Positions 17,875-27,218 of a stretch of DNA of 64,000 nucleotides are shown piece by piece; the first letter of the stretch is position 1; each line of letters begins with the position of its first letter. Source of the DNA: a virus; the IMG/VR virus record IMGVR_UViG_3300042924_005659; one strand, written 5' to 3'. The position numbers and the translations under genes are program-made. The notes beneath the pieces were generated by a model that saw nothing but the letters and a program-made list of their open reading frames with translations, was not told where the DNA came from and did not search any database.

Positions 17875-18902
17875 AGTTGATTGTATCCATATCCAAAAAA
17901 CAACAAGGTATTTTGTCGATAAGTGCCAGTACTAGGATCGTATATGAGCCCTTTAAGATAGTTGCCTTCTGCGGAGTTTTCCATATTACCGTAGGTAGAG
18001 CGTTGCTGCGCTTGAAAAGCGGTACATCCTGGAGATGTAGGGGCTAGCGGACATGGACATATATTAGCAGGGGGCCCTTGAGAGCATGGAGGCATGCACG
18101 CATAGCCCTCACAAGTTCCGGACAGACAATCGTTGCAACATGTAGTTATGCCAGGCGGGCAGGATGCCGCCCACCCTTCCGGAATACCATCTCCTGGATT
18201 GGGATCTCCGTAGGCGGCTGAGTCCGAATAATAGCAACTAGAACAGCATAGAGTAGTTATGCCTACGCTAAGCTCAGCATCGCACTCATCGCAGTTGGAG
18301 ACGGGTCCGCACACCGTTCCATTTTGCCCATTTCCCGAAGTAGGAACTGCGGGGCAAGGCTCACAACTAGCGCTGGTTATACAGCCATTCACTATAGTCC
18401 TACAGCAGCATAGTTCGATTGGCGGCGGAGTACAGCAGTCTTTCGGCTCACACTGCGGAACAGGAGGACAAGTACCGTCCTCTGATATTACACAGCCGCT
18501 AATGATAGGCTCGCACGGTCCGCATATCCAATTAGGACATATCCCCTGACCGCCGCTGCATGCCTCTTCTGCTTCTGGACTATCGCATTTTACGTCCGCA
18601 AAGTAAGACGCTTGGCAATCAATTACATCTTGCTCCACGAAACCGCCTGGGCCGGGTGTAGCCCCGTCAGGCTGAGGAGTAGTACCTTGTACAAGTATCT
18701 GGCAATTGCAGTCTTCCTCTTTTGCTACACAGTATCTAAACTTTTGAGACCAGGTAACAGTCTGAGGATCCCCGGGCACCATGCCGCAATTTTCGGGGTC
18801 TTCCTCTGAGGTAGGGCAAACTTTAGACAAAGTTACACTTAAACAACACAGGTTCAATCCCTGGTCGCAACAACATACAATTGCCGGATTAAAAACGCCC
18901 AT
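17871..18902 (-). CDS. extremely cysteine-rich protein (~43 Cys in 343 aa)
   Basis: CCC/CC clusters, Pro/Gly-rich; coupled to both neighbours. Confidence 0.8.
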   Translation of the reverse strand: MGVFNPAIVCCCDQGLNLCCLSVTLSKVCPTSEEDPENCGMVPGDPQTVTWSQKFRYCVAKEEDCNCQILVQGTTPQPDGATPGPGGFVEQDVIDCQASYFADVKCDSPEAEEACSGGQGICPNWICGPCEPIISGCVISEDGTCPPVPQCEPKDCCTPPPIELCCCRTIVNGCITSASCEPCPAVPTSGNGQNGTVCGPVSNCDECDAELSVGITTLCCSSCYYSDSAAYGDPNPGDGIPEGWAASCPPGITTCCNDCLSGTCEGYACMPPCSQGPPANICPCPLAPTSPGCTAFQAQQRSTYGNMENSAEGNYLKGLIYDPSTGTYRQNTLLFFGYGYNQL

Positions 18903-19186
18903 CAGCGCTCTATGAAACTAAGTCCGTTTGGAAAAACCAGGACTTCAACCCCTAAGGCTTTCTTAATTCTATCTAGCTCTAGCTCGGAGGATCCCTGAAG
19001 CTGAGCCAGCAGCTGATTTACAGCGTCGCTCATGCGTTTTCTTTTTGCGCAAGCTGAGCAGCCTTGAGCGGAGGTCTCTGTCTCGACGGCATCGTAGGCA
19101 GCCTTGATGACCGGACTTACGGCTCTTACCTCTGCGTTGTTTAGTAGCCCGTGTACCGTAGAGTACGTCATTGCAAACTTCTTCAT
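18902..19186 (-). CDS. small CxxC protein (GCSACAKRKR)
   Basis: 94-aa coupled ORF. Confidence 0.7.
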   Translation of the reverse strand: MKKFAMTYSTVHGLLNNAEVRAVSPVIKAAYDAVETETSAQGCSACAKRKRMSDAVNQLLAQLQGSSELELDRIKKALGVEVLVFPNGLSFIER

Positions 19187-19195
19187 GTTATTACC

Positions 19196-19600
19196 TTAAA
19201 ATGAGGGCGAGTTGTGTGTTTCCGATCTTCGGTTTGTGTACTTAGTAAGTATAGATATGTCTTCTGATAGTATGTCTATCTGGTTCTTCATTAAACTAAT
19301 TGCATCGTTTAATGTCTGTTGGTTGTAGAAAACCAGATTCCACGCGTTAGCTCTATAGAAATCCTGCCCTGCATTAGGGGCAGCCTTTCTAAACATAGAG
19401 AAATCCACGGCCTTAACAATACCGTAAAAAACGTCTACTGGTCCTTCTAAATCGTTCTTACGTTTAATTAAAAGCAAATTGCCGTCAACGAAAGAACCCG
19501 TAGTGCCGCTGACACCAGTAGTGATCTGAACTCTATAGTGAGGATCTTGATTTCCCTCTCTAACAGTAGTAGTTATGAAATTTATAGATAGGTTGGCCAT
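19196..19600 (-). CDS. hypothetical structural protein
   Basis: Coupled ORF in the fibre cluster. Confidence 0.7.
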   Translation of the reverse strand: MANLSINFITTTVREGNQDPHYRVQITTGVSGTTGSFVDGNLLLIKRKNDLEGPVDVFYGIVKAVDFSMFRKAAPNAGQDFYRANAWNLVFYNQQTLNDAISLMKNQIDILSEDISILTKYTNRRSETHNSPSF

Positions 19601-19878
19601 TAATAAGATCCTCCGTCTAGAACGTCTTTAGCCGGAGTTGCTTCGTATCTGCCAGTAGTGGCATTGAATACGAGCAGATCTCCGTCCAACGATCCAGATA
19701 GACTAAATTGACTGTTGAGTGCAGTCAAATCTATGACTGACCCGGTTATATTTAACGTAAATAGTTTTCCGTCAGCCAGGTTTAAAGCAAGCTCTCCAGG
19801 ATACAGTTCCGCCGGAGTAGGAACTACTCCAGCTTGAATTGAATATCTCTGAATTGTGCTTTTAAACTCGATTGGCAT
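19600..19878 (-). CDS. minimal fibre-type protein (Mtd_N-like GELALN module, C-terminal DGGSY)
   Basis: GVVPTPAELYPGELALNLADGKLF; same module heads the 50658 and 52122 ORFs. Confidence 0.65.
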   Translation of the reverse strand: MPIEFKSTIQRYSIQAGVVPTPAELYPGELALNLADGKLFTLNITGSVIDLTALNSQFSLSGSLDGDLLVFNATTGRYEATPAKDVLDGGSY

Positions 19879-20986
19879 TGTCGGGCGATCCGAAGAACAT
19901 TCCTGCTGAGGTTATAGAACGAGTAGGCAACATGGAGGTGAGGCCAGCATCTGTACCTACGCCCTCTTCACAGTCTCCGTCAAAAGCCACCTGTTCGCTA
20001 AAGAACCAAACCATAGGACACTGACATGCGTCGTAGTTGGGAACAGGTCCGCTTTCTCCCTCAAGTACTCCCCAGGGAATCCAGCCGTACATAAGCACCT
20101 GAGTTCCGTTCATAACAGGTACAGGCTTATACCCCTTTTTAACCTGCGCCTCAAGACTTATTCCAGGCGTTAGATACTTGTCGTACACCATCTCTTTGTT
20201 GTTCCAAGCCGCGGTATAAGGCAGCGATGTATTGTAGTTTGCCCAAGAGGCTGGAAAGCAGGCAGGCAAACACATATTTGCAGCCGTTACGCAGAAGGAC
20301 GGAGTCCAGGCATACGACCACCCAGTTGCAATAGATCTGCCGGCTATATTGTGGTACGTTTGGGGAACTGAGCCGGTTATCTCTGCTAACAGAGGCCCTA
20401 TCAAGTTAAACTTCGCTACCTGCGCCCCATATCTAGATCTAGCGTCACACAGAGGTTCGCAGGCATTGTTTCCCATCTCTCCTAATGTTTTAGGTACAAA
20501 TGCGGCAGCTCCCGTTGCCTTCGCAAAGAACTCCTGAGGAGTTTTGTAGCGATCATTTTGTGTGGGGCCTACTCGTGCACAATCTGCATAAGTGGTATAT
20601 CCAAAGCCGCTTATGTTTGGAGAGCCTCCGCCAGAAGCAATGTTGGGCGGCACTACCAAGTTTAAATTCACCTGCGGCAAACAGGCGTCGCCTGAAATGT
20701 AGGATACTCCGCCCTCCAGTCGAATAGTCTGATCTGGATCGTCTTCTGCTGCAGGAGTGTTGGTGACTTGTAAGCTTACTGGGTTACAGCCTATCTCTGC
20801 AGGGGGTGGAGTCGGCCAAGGACGTCTGGCGTTATCGTTAACGCATTTTGGCCCATCGGGATCTCTTGGATCCGGTATGCATATCTCAACAGGGATTTGA
20901 CCTGAGTCACAATCTACAGAGACAGGTAGCGATACGCAGCCCGGTCCAGTAATTGGTGGAATAGGAATGCATTTATCTAGGCTCAT
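19862..20986 (-). CDS. Cys/Pro-rich putative fibre or receptor-binding protein
   Basis: MSLDKCIPIPPITGPGC...; many Cys and Trp. Confidence 0.65.
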   Translation of the reverse strand: MSLDKCIPIPPITGPGCVSLPVSVDCDSGQIPVEICIPDPRDPDGPKCVNDNARRPWPTPPPAEIGCNPVSLQVTNTPAAEDDPDQTIRLEGGVSYISGDACLPQVNLNLVVPPNIASGGGSPNISGFGYTTYADCARVGPTQNDRYKTPQEFFAKATGAAAFVPKTLGEMGNNACEPLCDARSRYGAQVAKFNLIGPLLAEITGSVPQTYHNIAGRSIATGWSYAWTPSFCVTAANMCLPACFPASWANYNTSLPYTAAWNNKEMVYDKYLTPGISLEAQVKKGYKPVPVMNGTQVLMYGWIPWGVLEGESGPVPNYDACQCPMVWFFSEQVAFDGDCEEGVGTDAGLTSMLPTRSITSAGMFFGSPDNANRV

Positions 20987-20994
20987 ATAGATCC

Positions 20995-21912
20995 TTACTG
21001 GCAGTTAAATACGTTTGGATTATCTGAACTTTGAGGCAGCCCTACGTATATAAAGCGTATTATATGCGGAAAGCCAGACAAAACCGAACTGTTAAGGAAG
21101 TCAGCATTTACAGCGTTCAGCTCTGCTCTTGTAAACGCACTGACTGCCAATGGACTTTGTGCGACAATCTTTACATCGCCATTTGCGTCAGGCTCCACTC
21201 CAGAAATGCTGTAAATTCCCTCGTTGCACAGTATGTCCTTGGAGTTAATTTTTTCTACCCACGGTCCACACTGCTCAGCCTGAGAGTCGTTTGCACCCTG
21301 CTGAGCGCCTATTATCACAGTGCGAGTATTAGTGAGAACCGAGATAGTGCAATTGTCCCCGGCGACCAACTTCACGTCGCCTACAACCGGCTGGGATTCG
21401 TCGGTATATCTAAGAGTGTCGGTTTGCTGCAGTAAAGGCAAAGCGCTTCTACAAGTTATCTCATTAACTCGTTGCTTGCACAAAGCTACTGCCGTGCTTG
21501 GCTCAAATGCAGCGTAGACAAATATAGGCTCAGCCGCAGCAAAGGGAGTAAACAGGTTTTGAAGATTGCTAAAGCAGATATAACCCTCAACGGAGTATGC
21601 AGCTAAAGTAGGAAAGTCCTGCGAATCAAAATGGTATCGCACATATTCCTGCGTAGCATAAGCATCGTCTGCAAATTCCAGTACTGGATTACCTATCACA
21701 GTAGGCCCAACCAATAAGTTTATTCTTACCCTCAGCGGCTGACCTGGAGCTTTGTGCAGTGATGCCAGCTCTACAAATGGCGCCTCTACAAAAGAATCGC
21801 CGGTTACATATATTTTAAAGTCAACTAAAGTCTTGCGCAAAGCATCTATTTGACTACTGTTGCCTGCAATGGACGCTAAGGGATAGGATATGCTACTAAA
21901 GGCGTCGTACAC
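20995..21912 (-). CDS. baseplate/fibre paralog
   Basis: IYSISGVEPDANGDVKI module shared with neighbours. Confidence 0.7.
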   Translation of the reverse strand: MYDAFSSISYPLASIAGNSSQIDALRKTLVDFKIYVTGDSFVEAPFVELASLHKAPGQPLRVRINLLVGPTVIGNPVLEFADDAYATQEYVRYHFDSQDFPTLAAYSVEGYICFSNLQNLFTPFAAAEPIFVYAAFEPSTAVALCKQRVNEITCRSALPLLQQTDTLRYTDESQPVVGDVKLVAGDNCTISVLTNTRTVIIGAQQGANDSQAEQCGPWVEKINSKDILCNEGIYSISGVEPDANGDVKIVAQSPLAVSAFTRAELNAVNADFLNSSVLSGFPHIIRFIYVGLPQSSDNPNVFNCQ

Positions 21913-21913
21913 T

Positions 21914-22747
21914 TTAACCTCCCGCCATGCTAAAGATAATCGAATTGCCCTCGGTAGTTATACGGAAAGCAGGTCTAAGTTCCCTAGTATCTTGTATCGG
22001 GTTGAAGGCGGCTGTCTTCAACGAAAGCACCACTGAACCATCCGCTTTTTGTTTTAACTTAGTTGCAAACGGTCCAACCAAGGAACCCTCGAGAGTTTTT
22101 ACATAGTGCACTAAAGTTATGTTCTTTAGGAATATTCCGTTAAGGTTCAAGACTTCAGACTGAGGGTAGTTGGGATCTACGCACTCGTATCTAGTGAAGT
22201 GAGGATCACCTAGAACGCTAATTTTAATAGTGTTGGAGTCCAGTCGATCTACTCTAATGCCCTCGTTACCCGTCAGAGTGATATCGCCGGACTTTTCATT
22301 CAAAGACTGAACTTGGTTTTTGGGCAGGTACTCGCAAACAGCTGGCAAAAAGGTGGCAGCCTCAGGAGTAAGTTCGTATTGTCCTTCGTCCACGGATTGC
22401 AGCAAGAAGCTTTTACTTGGATCGATTACCAAGCATCCTCCAAGTACGCCTTCGGAGTCAAATATCGATATTTGTTCTTTGGTAGAGCCAAATTCTATCT
22501 TGGCCTCTCCCAGTACGTCTCCAGCTGCTGAGCTTAATTGTAATGCAACCATAGCATCAGTCCTGGTTACTCTGCTGACATAGCAGGGCTGCTCAGACGC
22601 ATAGTTACCTCTTGCATATATTCTTGCGTCTACAATCCAGCTCTGAGGCAAAAAGCCGGAGCTAAAAGAAAGAGTGCTGCTATCCAAAAAGGGATAGTTT
22701 CTACTTGCGTTTAAATTACGCCATTCTAAATGCGGAATTGTATTCAC
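21914..22747 (-). CDS. baseplate/fibre paralog (likely GTG start at 22747)
   Basis: GTGA overlap with the upstream stop; EWRNLNASRNYPF motif. Confidence 0.75.
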   Translation of the reverse strand: MNTIPHLEWRNLNASRNYPFLDSSTLSFSSGFLPQSWIVDARIYARGNYASEQPCYVSRVTRTDAMVALQLSSAAGDVLGEAKIEFGSTKEQISIFDSEGVLGGCLVIDPSKSFLLQSVDEGQYELTPEAATFLPAVCEYLPKNQVQSLNEKSGDITLTGNEGIRVDRLDSNTIKISVLGDPHFTRYECVDPNYPQSEVLNLNGIFLKNITLVHYVKTLEGSLVGPFATKLKQKADGSVVLSLKTAAFNPIQDTRELRPAFRITTEGNSIIFSMAGG

Positions 22748-24297
22748 GACGCTGCTCCTGCTACGCCTATCGTTCTTATTCCAGGTAGGCCATTGCTTCT
22801 GGTGTAGTTTTGTACCAGGGTGCCTATTCCTTGGGCTGACAGCACACCTGCCGCCAATACAGAGCCGTTGGACACTATTGCCCAAGCGTCGTTTGGAGCT
22901 CCACGAATTTCCAACATGCAGGCCGGATTCGAACTGTGCTGATACAGGCCGTAACCTACTCTCATGTAAATTCCGGATTCTGGGAATGTATCTAGAGCAC
23001 TAATACCAACAGATATCTCAGTAACGCCGATAGTGTCGTAGATCGTCGTTGGTCCAAGAGTAAGTGCGTAGCTGTCGTTTCCGTATACCACCTCACGATT
23101 GGATCTGAGGTTGGTATTCAATCCGCCAAACGCAACCAGACTTACTCCGTCATTTCCATAAAGCTGCCACTCTCCTAGAGCAGCATCGACGTGAAGAGCG
23201 TTTAAAGTCTCTCCAAAAAAGAATATAGGAGAAGTAGTACCAAATATAGCTACCGAGGGTCGAGTTGGATGCTGCTGCAAATAACTGAACGAGTAGGAAT
23301 AGCTGGATACGCCATCAAATATCTCAAATGTAAGCTTGGTATTTGTATTTAACGACACTCTGTCTTGAGCAGGTGGCTGAGAATAAGTGCTGGTGAATTG
23401 AGCCAAGCCTTGGACAGTACCGCAGGTCTCCGGTATTTCCAATCTTCCCTTGCAAAATGCCTCTAATGGCAAATCTGAGGATATGACTACAGTCTCTTTG
23501 TCTCCGGCACCTTCGTATCTGGCGTACATAGGCTTATCTAGGACTATTACAAGCTCTCGGTCTTCGCCCTGGGGGACTAAGCCGTTGAGGCTTCTTATGG
23601 CATTAAACGCACAAGTGTTAGATTCCGGGCGTCCTCCGCACTGGCCTATAAATGCCTGCAGGCTCTGCCTCACCTCAGACTTAGTGCCGCTGAATTGAAT
23701 AGCCAGGCCTTTGGAATCGGACACCACTTCCAATCCGTTCTGGCCCACCAGCTGCACCTTGCCGTCTACTGTGGTGTCGAATCCCTGCTTTCCTATAGTC
23801 GTAACTCCGCCATATTCGTATCTACTTATGCAAGAGTCCGATATCATCGAAGCCTGAGGTCCAGAGAAAGACCAGGAGCCCTCTGTAAGAACTCCGGAAC
23901 CGAAAACCACCCATCCGCCAACTCCAGGAACCTCGGGCTGTAAATGCACTATAGAGCCCGGAAGACTGTTAGTTCTCCGCACCTGAACAGTGGCAAGTAC
24001 AAAAGCCCCAAGTACTGAATATTGCTCATTTGAAATAGTGGCAGCAGGAGTATCTGGAGAAAAGGGATGCGTCTGAGATCCCATTATTGTGAGAGTTACC
24101 AAAGACCGGGTTGTCTTTATGCTGGCTACAAATGCGCATGCAGCCACTGCCCCAGGCACCACGAGCTTCATATCTACCAATAAAGAGTTTACTGCAGAGA
24201 CGTCCGTAGAGGCGTAGGGCTCCAGAGTAGCCCTTTCAGCCACGGGATATCGTCGATATTCATTGTCGTTGAGGAAGTCTCTACTTACTACTTTCAT
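22744..24297 (-). CDS. baseplate/fibre paralog
   Basis: DFLNDNEYRRYPV; CGGRPESNTC; IRSLNGLVP. Confidence 0.75.
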   Translation of the reverse strand: MKVVSRDFLNDNEYRRYPVAERATLEPYASTDVSAVNSLLVDMKLVVPGAVAACAFVASIKTTRSLVTLTIMGSQTHPFSPDTPAATISNEQYSVLGAFVLATVQVRRTNSLPGSIVHLQPEVPGVGGWVVFGSGVLTEGSWSFSGPQASMISDSCISRYEYGGVTTIGKQGFDTTVDGKVQLVGQNGLEVVSDSKGLAIQFSGTKSEVRQSLQAFIGQCGGRPESNTCAFNAIRSLNGLVPQGEDRELVIVLDKPMYARYEGAGDKETVVISSDLPLEAFCKGRLEIPETCGTVQGLAQFTSTYSQPPAQDRVSLNTNTKLTFEIFDGVSSYSYSFSYLQQHPTRPSVAIFGTTSPIFFFGETLNALHVDAALGEWQLYGNDGVSLVAFGGLNTNLRSNREVVYGNDSYALTLGPTTIYDTIGVTEISVGISALDTFPESGIYMRVGYGLYQHSSNPACMLEIRGAPNDAWAIVSNGSVLAAGVLSAQGIGTLVQNYTRSNGLPGIRTIGVAGAAS

Positions 24298-24305
24298 AGT
24301 TGGCC

Positions 24306-26201
24306 TCAGATAATTATGGTTGCTGCCGTCTCGAACTCTCCCGCAGGAATATCTACTTCGTCATCTGAGGCATCGACAGCCTTGCACTTAGTGACAAATC
24401 CGGCAGGTTGTCCTGTCGGAGGAGGAGTATACTTAGCTACCACTTGAATGGCGCCAGTGTACTCACTAGGTATGCTGCCTAGCAAGGCATCGTACTGCCC
24501 TGTCAGATTTAGCGGAATAGACACACTTCCGGCGTCTGTCCAGGCGTTATCAGCAAACGTACGGTATAGCAGAGACACGGAGGACTGGCCGTGTACGGCG
24601 TCGGAGAACTTCACTCTAACGCTTCTATCAGTTCCGATAAGCAAGTAAGAAGCAGTCGCAGACGGACACGGATTGACGGACTTCTTGTTAGGCGCCATGG
24701 CGGCAGTCTTCTTTATGTTTTCCGCAATCACTCTATTGCTGGCCTGTCCGCAAGGAGATCCCTGAGGAGTCGGAGAGCTGCCAAAATACGTAAATGTCAG
24801 GTTTATGTCTACATAGCCAGGGCTGGCGTTTAGATTGACTATTTTTCTGAATATAGGATCTACAATGACCAGACCCGAGGTGATCATTAGATACCCTGTG
24901 CATGAAGGAATATCGTTAGGCTGTTCTTGCTGGCAAGACGTAATTGGAAGCGACGACAAGTCCACGCTGGTCTCTATTACGCCCTGCGACTCTATATTGA
25001 ATAGAAGCCCCTTGTTAGTAGGATTTAGATTCTTATAGTAAAGATATGATGCGTCAGATATTGGAATACAGGCAATAGGCTGACCTTGAGCTATGGAATA
25101 AGACACACCATTCTCGTCAGTAGCCTCCATATTGTATTTAGCAGTCACTGCATGCTTCAGCTTCATCGACAGTGCGCGGATCGTATGGCCGGTGTTGTTC
25201 TCGGCCATGGCCTGAATCTGCAGCTTAAAGTTTTGTTGTGGCCAAAGTCTAAATCTTGGAGTAAACGAGCCGGCAGTCTGACAGCATGCAATTCTGCTGT
25301 TGAACCGCTGCGTAATCACGTTGTATTCGGTGACCAGCTCGCCTAATCGCTTTACCGCTTTATGGTACAGAACGGCCACACCCTTAGTGTAATCCGATAC
25401 GTCTTTATAATCTTGGCATCTGCAGCAGGGAGCACAGTGTGAGTTCAGGGCCACTTGAGGATTAGAGCCATTTATGTACCTGCTGTCTACGCTGATGCAG
25501 TCTGCTGTTTGCGCCTGTATCGAAAATTCGCCTTTATCGTTGGCCTCTTGGCCGTTGATTCTGCGCAGCACCTGCTCGATAGCAGGAACAGTGTCGCAAG
25601 GCTCTACTCCTAGCCCGGCCCCAGGAGATACGCTGAAAGTTACAGCTACAGGATCTTCTGCAGAGTAGTCCAGGGCATAGTTATACCCTTCCAATACGTG
25701 TACTGGTCTTGCTGGCAGGATAGCATTATCGACATCCAGAGCTACAGTTCCAACCTCCGGCTCCAAGCAAAACGGAGCCAGCGGATATTGATTGATTGGA
25801 TACGAGCTGAACTCTACCCCATCAATAATTACGTAGGTTATATAGTAGCCTTTTTGAACATTAGCCAGCGTACCGTATACGTATCCGCCTAGCGACTCCT
25901 CCGTCCTGTACAGAGTCTGAGATGTGTCATATGGGCCGTTCGTAGTACTTATTGCGTTTTCAAAATCTTGCCGGCTGAACAGCTGGCCTGCAGAAGTAAT
26001 TACGTTACATTTTAGTTTGGGTCCGAGGCCAGGATTCAAGGCTATGCTTACATACTCCAGCATTGCGCTGCTTAAAGCACCGGCTGCGAATACCTTAAAT
26101 GCCACTATTGGCGGATTTCCGGTCGGAGCAGTGGACAGGAAGGGCAGTCCGTTGGCCTCGCACTCCTCTAGAAAGCCCGCTGCATACTTCGTAGGGCTCA
26201 T
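24306..26201 (-). CDS. baseplate/fibre paralog (likely start MSPTKY, 26201)
   Basis: GGAGGT SD; RRINGQEANDKGEF...HCAPCCRC followed by a coiled coil. Confidence 0.75.
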   Translation of the reverse strand: MSPTKYAAGFLEECEANGLPFLSTAPTGNPPIVAFKVFAAGALSSAMLEYVSIALNPGLGPKLKCNVITSAGQLFSRQDFENAISTTNGPYDTSQTLYRTEESLGGYVYGTLANVQKGYYITYVIIDGVEFSSYPINQYPLAPFCLEPEVGTVALDVDNAILPARPVHVLEGYNYALDYSAEDPVAVTFSVSPGAGLGVEPCDTVPAIEQVLRRINGQEANDKGEFSIQAQTADCISVDSRYINGSNPQVALNSHCAPCCRCQDYKDVSDYTKGVAVLYHKAVKRLGELVTEYNVITQRFNSRIACCQTAGSFTPRFRLWPQQNFKLQIQAMAENNTGHTIRALSMKLKHAVTAKYNMEATDENGVSYSIAQGQPIACIPISDASYLYYKNLNPTNKGLLFNIESQGVIETSVDLSSLPITSCQQEQPNDIPSCTGYLMITSGLVIVDPIFRKIVNLNASPGYVDINLTFTYFGSSPTPQGSPCGQASNRVIAENIKKTAAMAPNKKSVNPCPSATASYLLIGTDRSVRVKFSDAVHGQSSVSLLYRTFADNAWTDAGSVSIPLNLTGQYDALLGSIPSEYTGAIQVVAKYTPPPTGQPAGFVTKCKAVDASDDEVDIPAGEFETAATIII

Positions 26202-26202
26202 A

Positions 26203-27165
26203 TCAACCTCCGTCCTGCGCGCAGCTCGTAGAGTCAACCGAAGACGTCAAGCATATGTTCTGCAGCTGTGCCACAGAGCTGGCAAGAATGGTTATTTCAT
26301 TGGCCAAGGTGCTTAGCTTGTTGTTCAGGTTATCTACGTCTCCAACGACCACGTTAAGTTCGTTGCATCCGCAGCAAGGCTTGGCGCAGGTATCTGAGAT
26401 CGAGATTCCGTCGCTGCTGGTATTAACAAATACGCAGTCGCCACCCACTATGGAAACGTTGCCTTGTGGGTCTCCGGTAAGGCCGTTTATTGTTCTGATG
26501 CACGGACTTAGCTCTATATCGTTGCAGTCGCATGTTTCTGTAAGTCCACCTCCATCAACAGCATTGAATCTAAGCGAGCTGTATCCTGAGGAAGAAGTTA
26601 CGGATATGCTGTGATTAGATCCGCTGGTTAGAGATATCTGTCCAGACAGCACTGGAGTAGTAAACCCAGAGTTTACGACTCTAATTCCGCTGATTCTCTT
26701 AATCCCAAAGGATACTACCGTAGCCTCTACTCTAGTCGCAGCAAGGTTAAAGGTCAGAGTGCCTATAGCGTTTTGAAGTCCGGAGATATCTCCTAAAATT
26801 GCTACTCCAGATATCTGTGAGAAGTCGTAATCAGAAGACGACGTAACTCCCTTTATGGCTACGGAAGAGTATTGCGAAAATCCTGTAAAAGCTACAGGCG
26901 AGGATACGGCAACACTGGGAGCTTGGAACTCTCCGTCGTATCCGAGCTCAAATACGAATCCTTGCGGATATACGGTAATCGAGCTGATGTAAAAGCCGGA
27001 TGGCTTCAGGCCCGGCATATAAGGCACCGCCAGCTTCATGTCCACAAACACTTCGTTTGGCAGCTCAAACGATGAGTTATTAGCCTTCTGAGTAGCGAGC
27101 TGGCTAAGAGGGTAGTTTCTCAGAGAGTTAGAGTTAAGCCATTCAGTTCCAATAATTGCTGACAT
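26203..27165 (-). CDS. baseplate/fibre paralog
   Basis: EWLNSNSLRNYPL; IRTINGLTGDPQGNV; TCAKPCCGC followed by a heptad coiled coil. Confidence 0.75.
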   Translation of the reverse strand: MSAIIGTEWLNSNSLRNYPLSQLATQKANNSSFELPNEVFVDMKLAVPYMPGLKPSGFYISSITVYPQGFVFELGYDGEFQAPSVAVSSPVAFTGFSQYSSVAIKGVTSSSDYDFSQISGVAILGDISGLQNAIGTLTFNLAATRVEATVVSFGIKRISGIRVVNSGFTTPVLSGQISLTSGSNHSISVTSSSGYSSLRFNAVDGGGLTETCDCNDIELSPCIRTINGLTGDPQGNVSIVGGDCVFVNTSSDGISISDTCAKPCCGCNELNVVVGDVDNLNNKLSTLANEITILASSVAQLQNICLTSSVDSTSCAQDGG

Positions 27166-27218
27166 AAAGCCTCCAAGCCAGGAAGCCTAGTTTACTGAAT
27201 GCCTGGCTTATCTAAATT

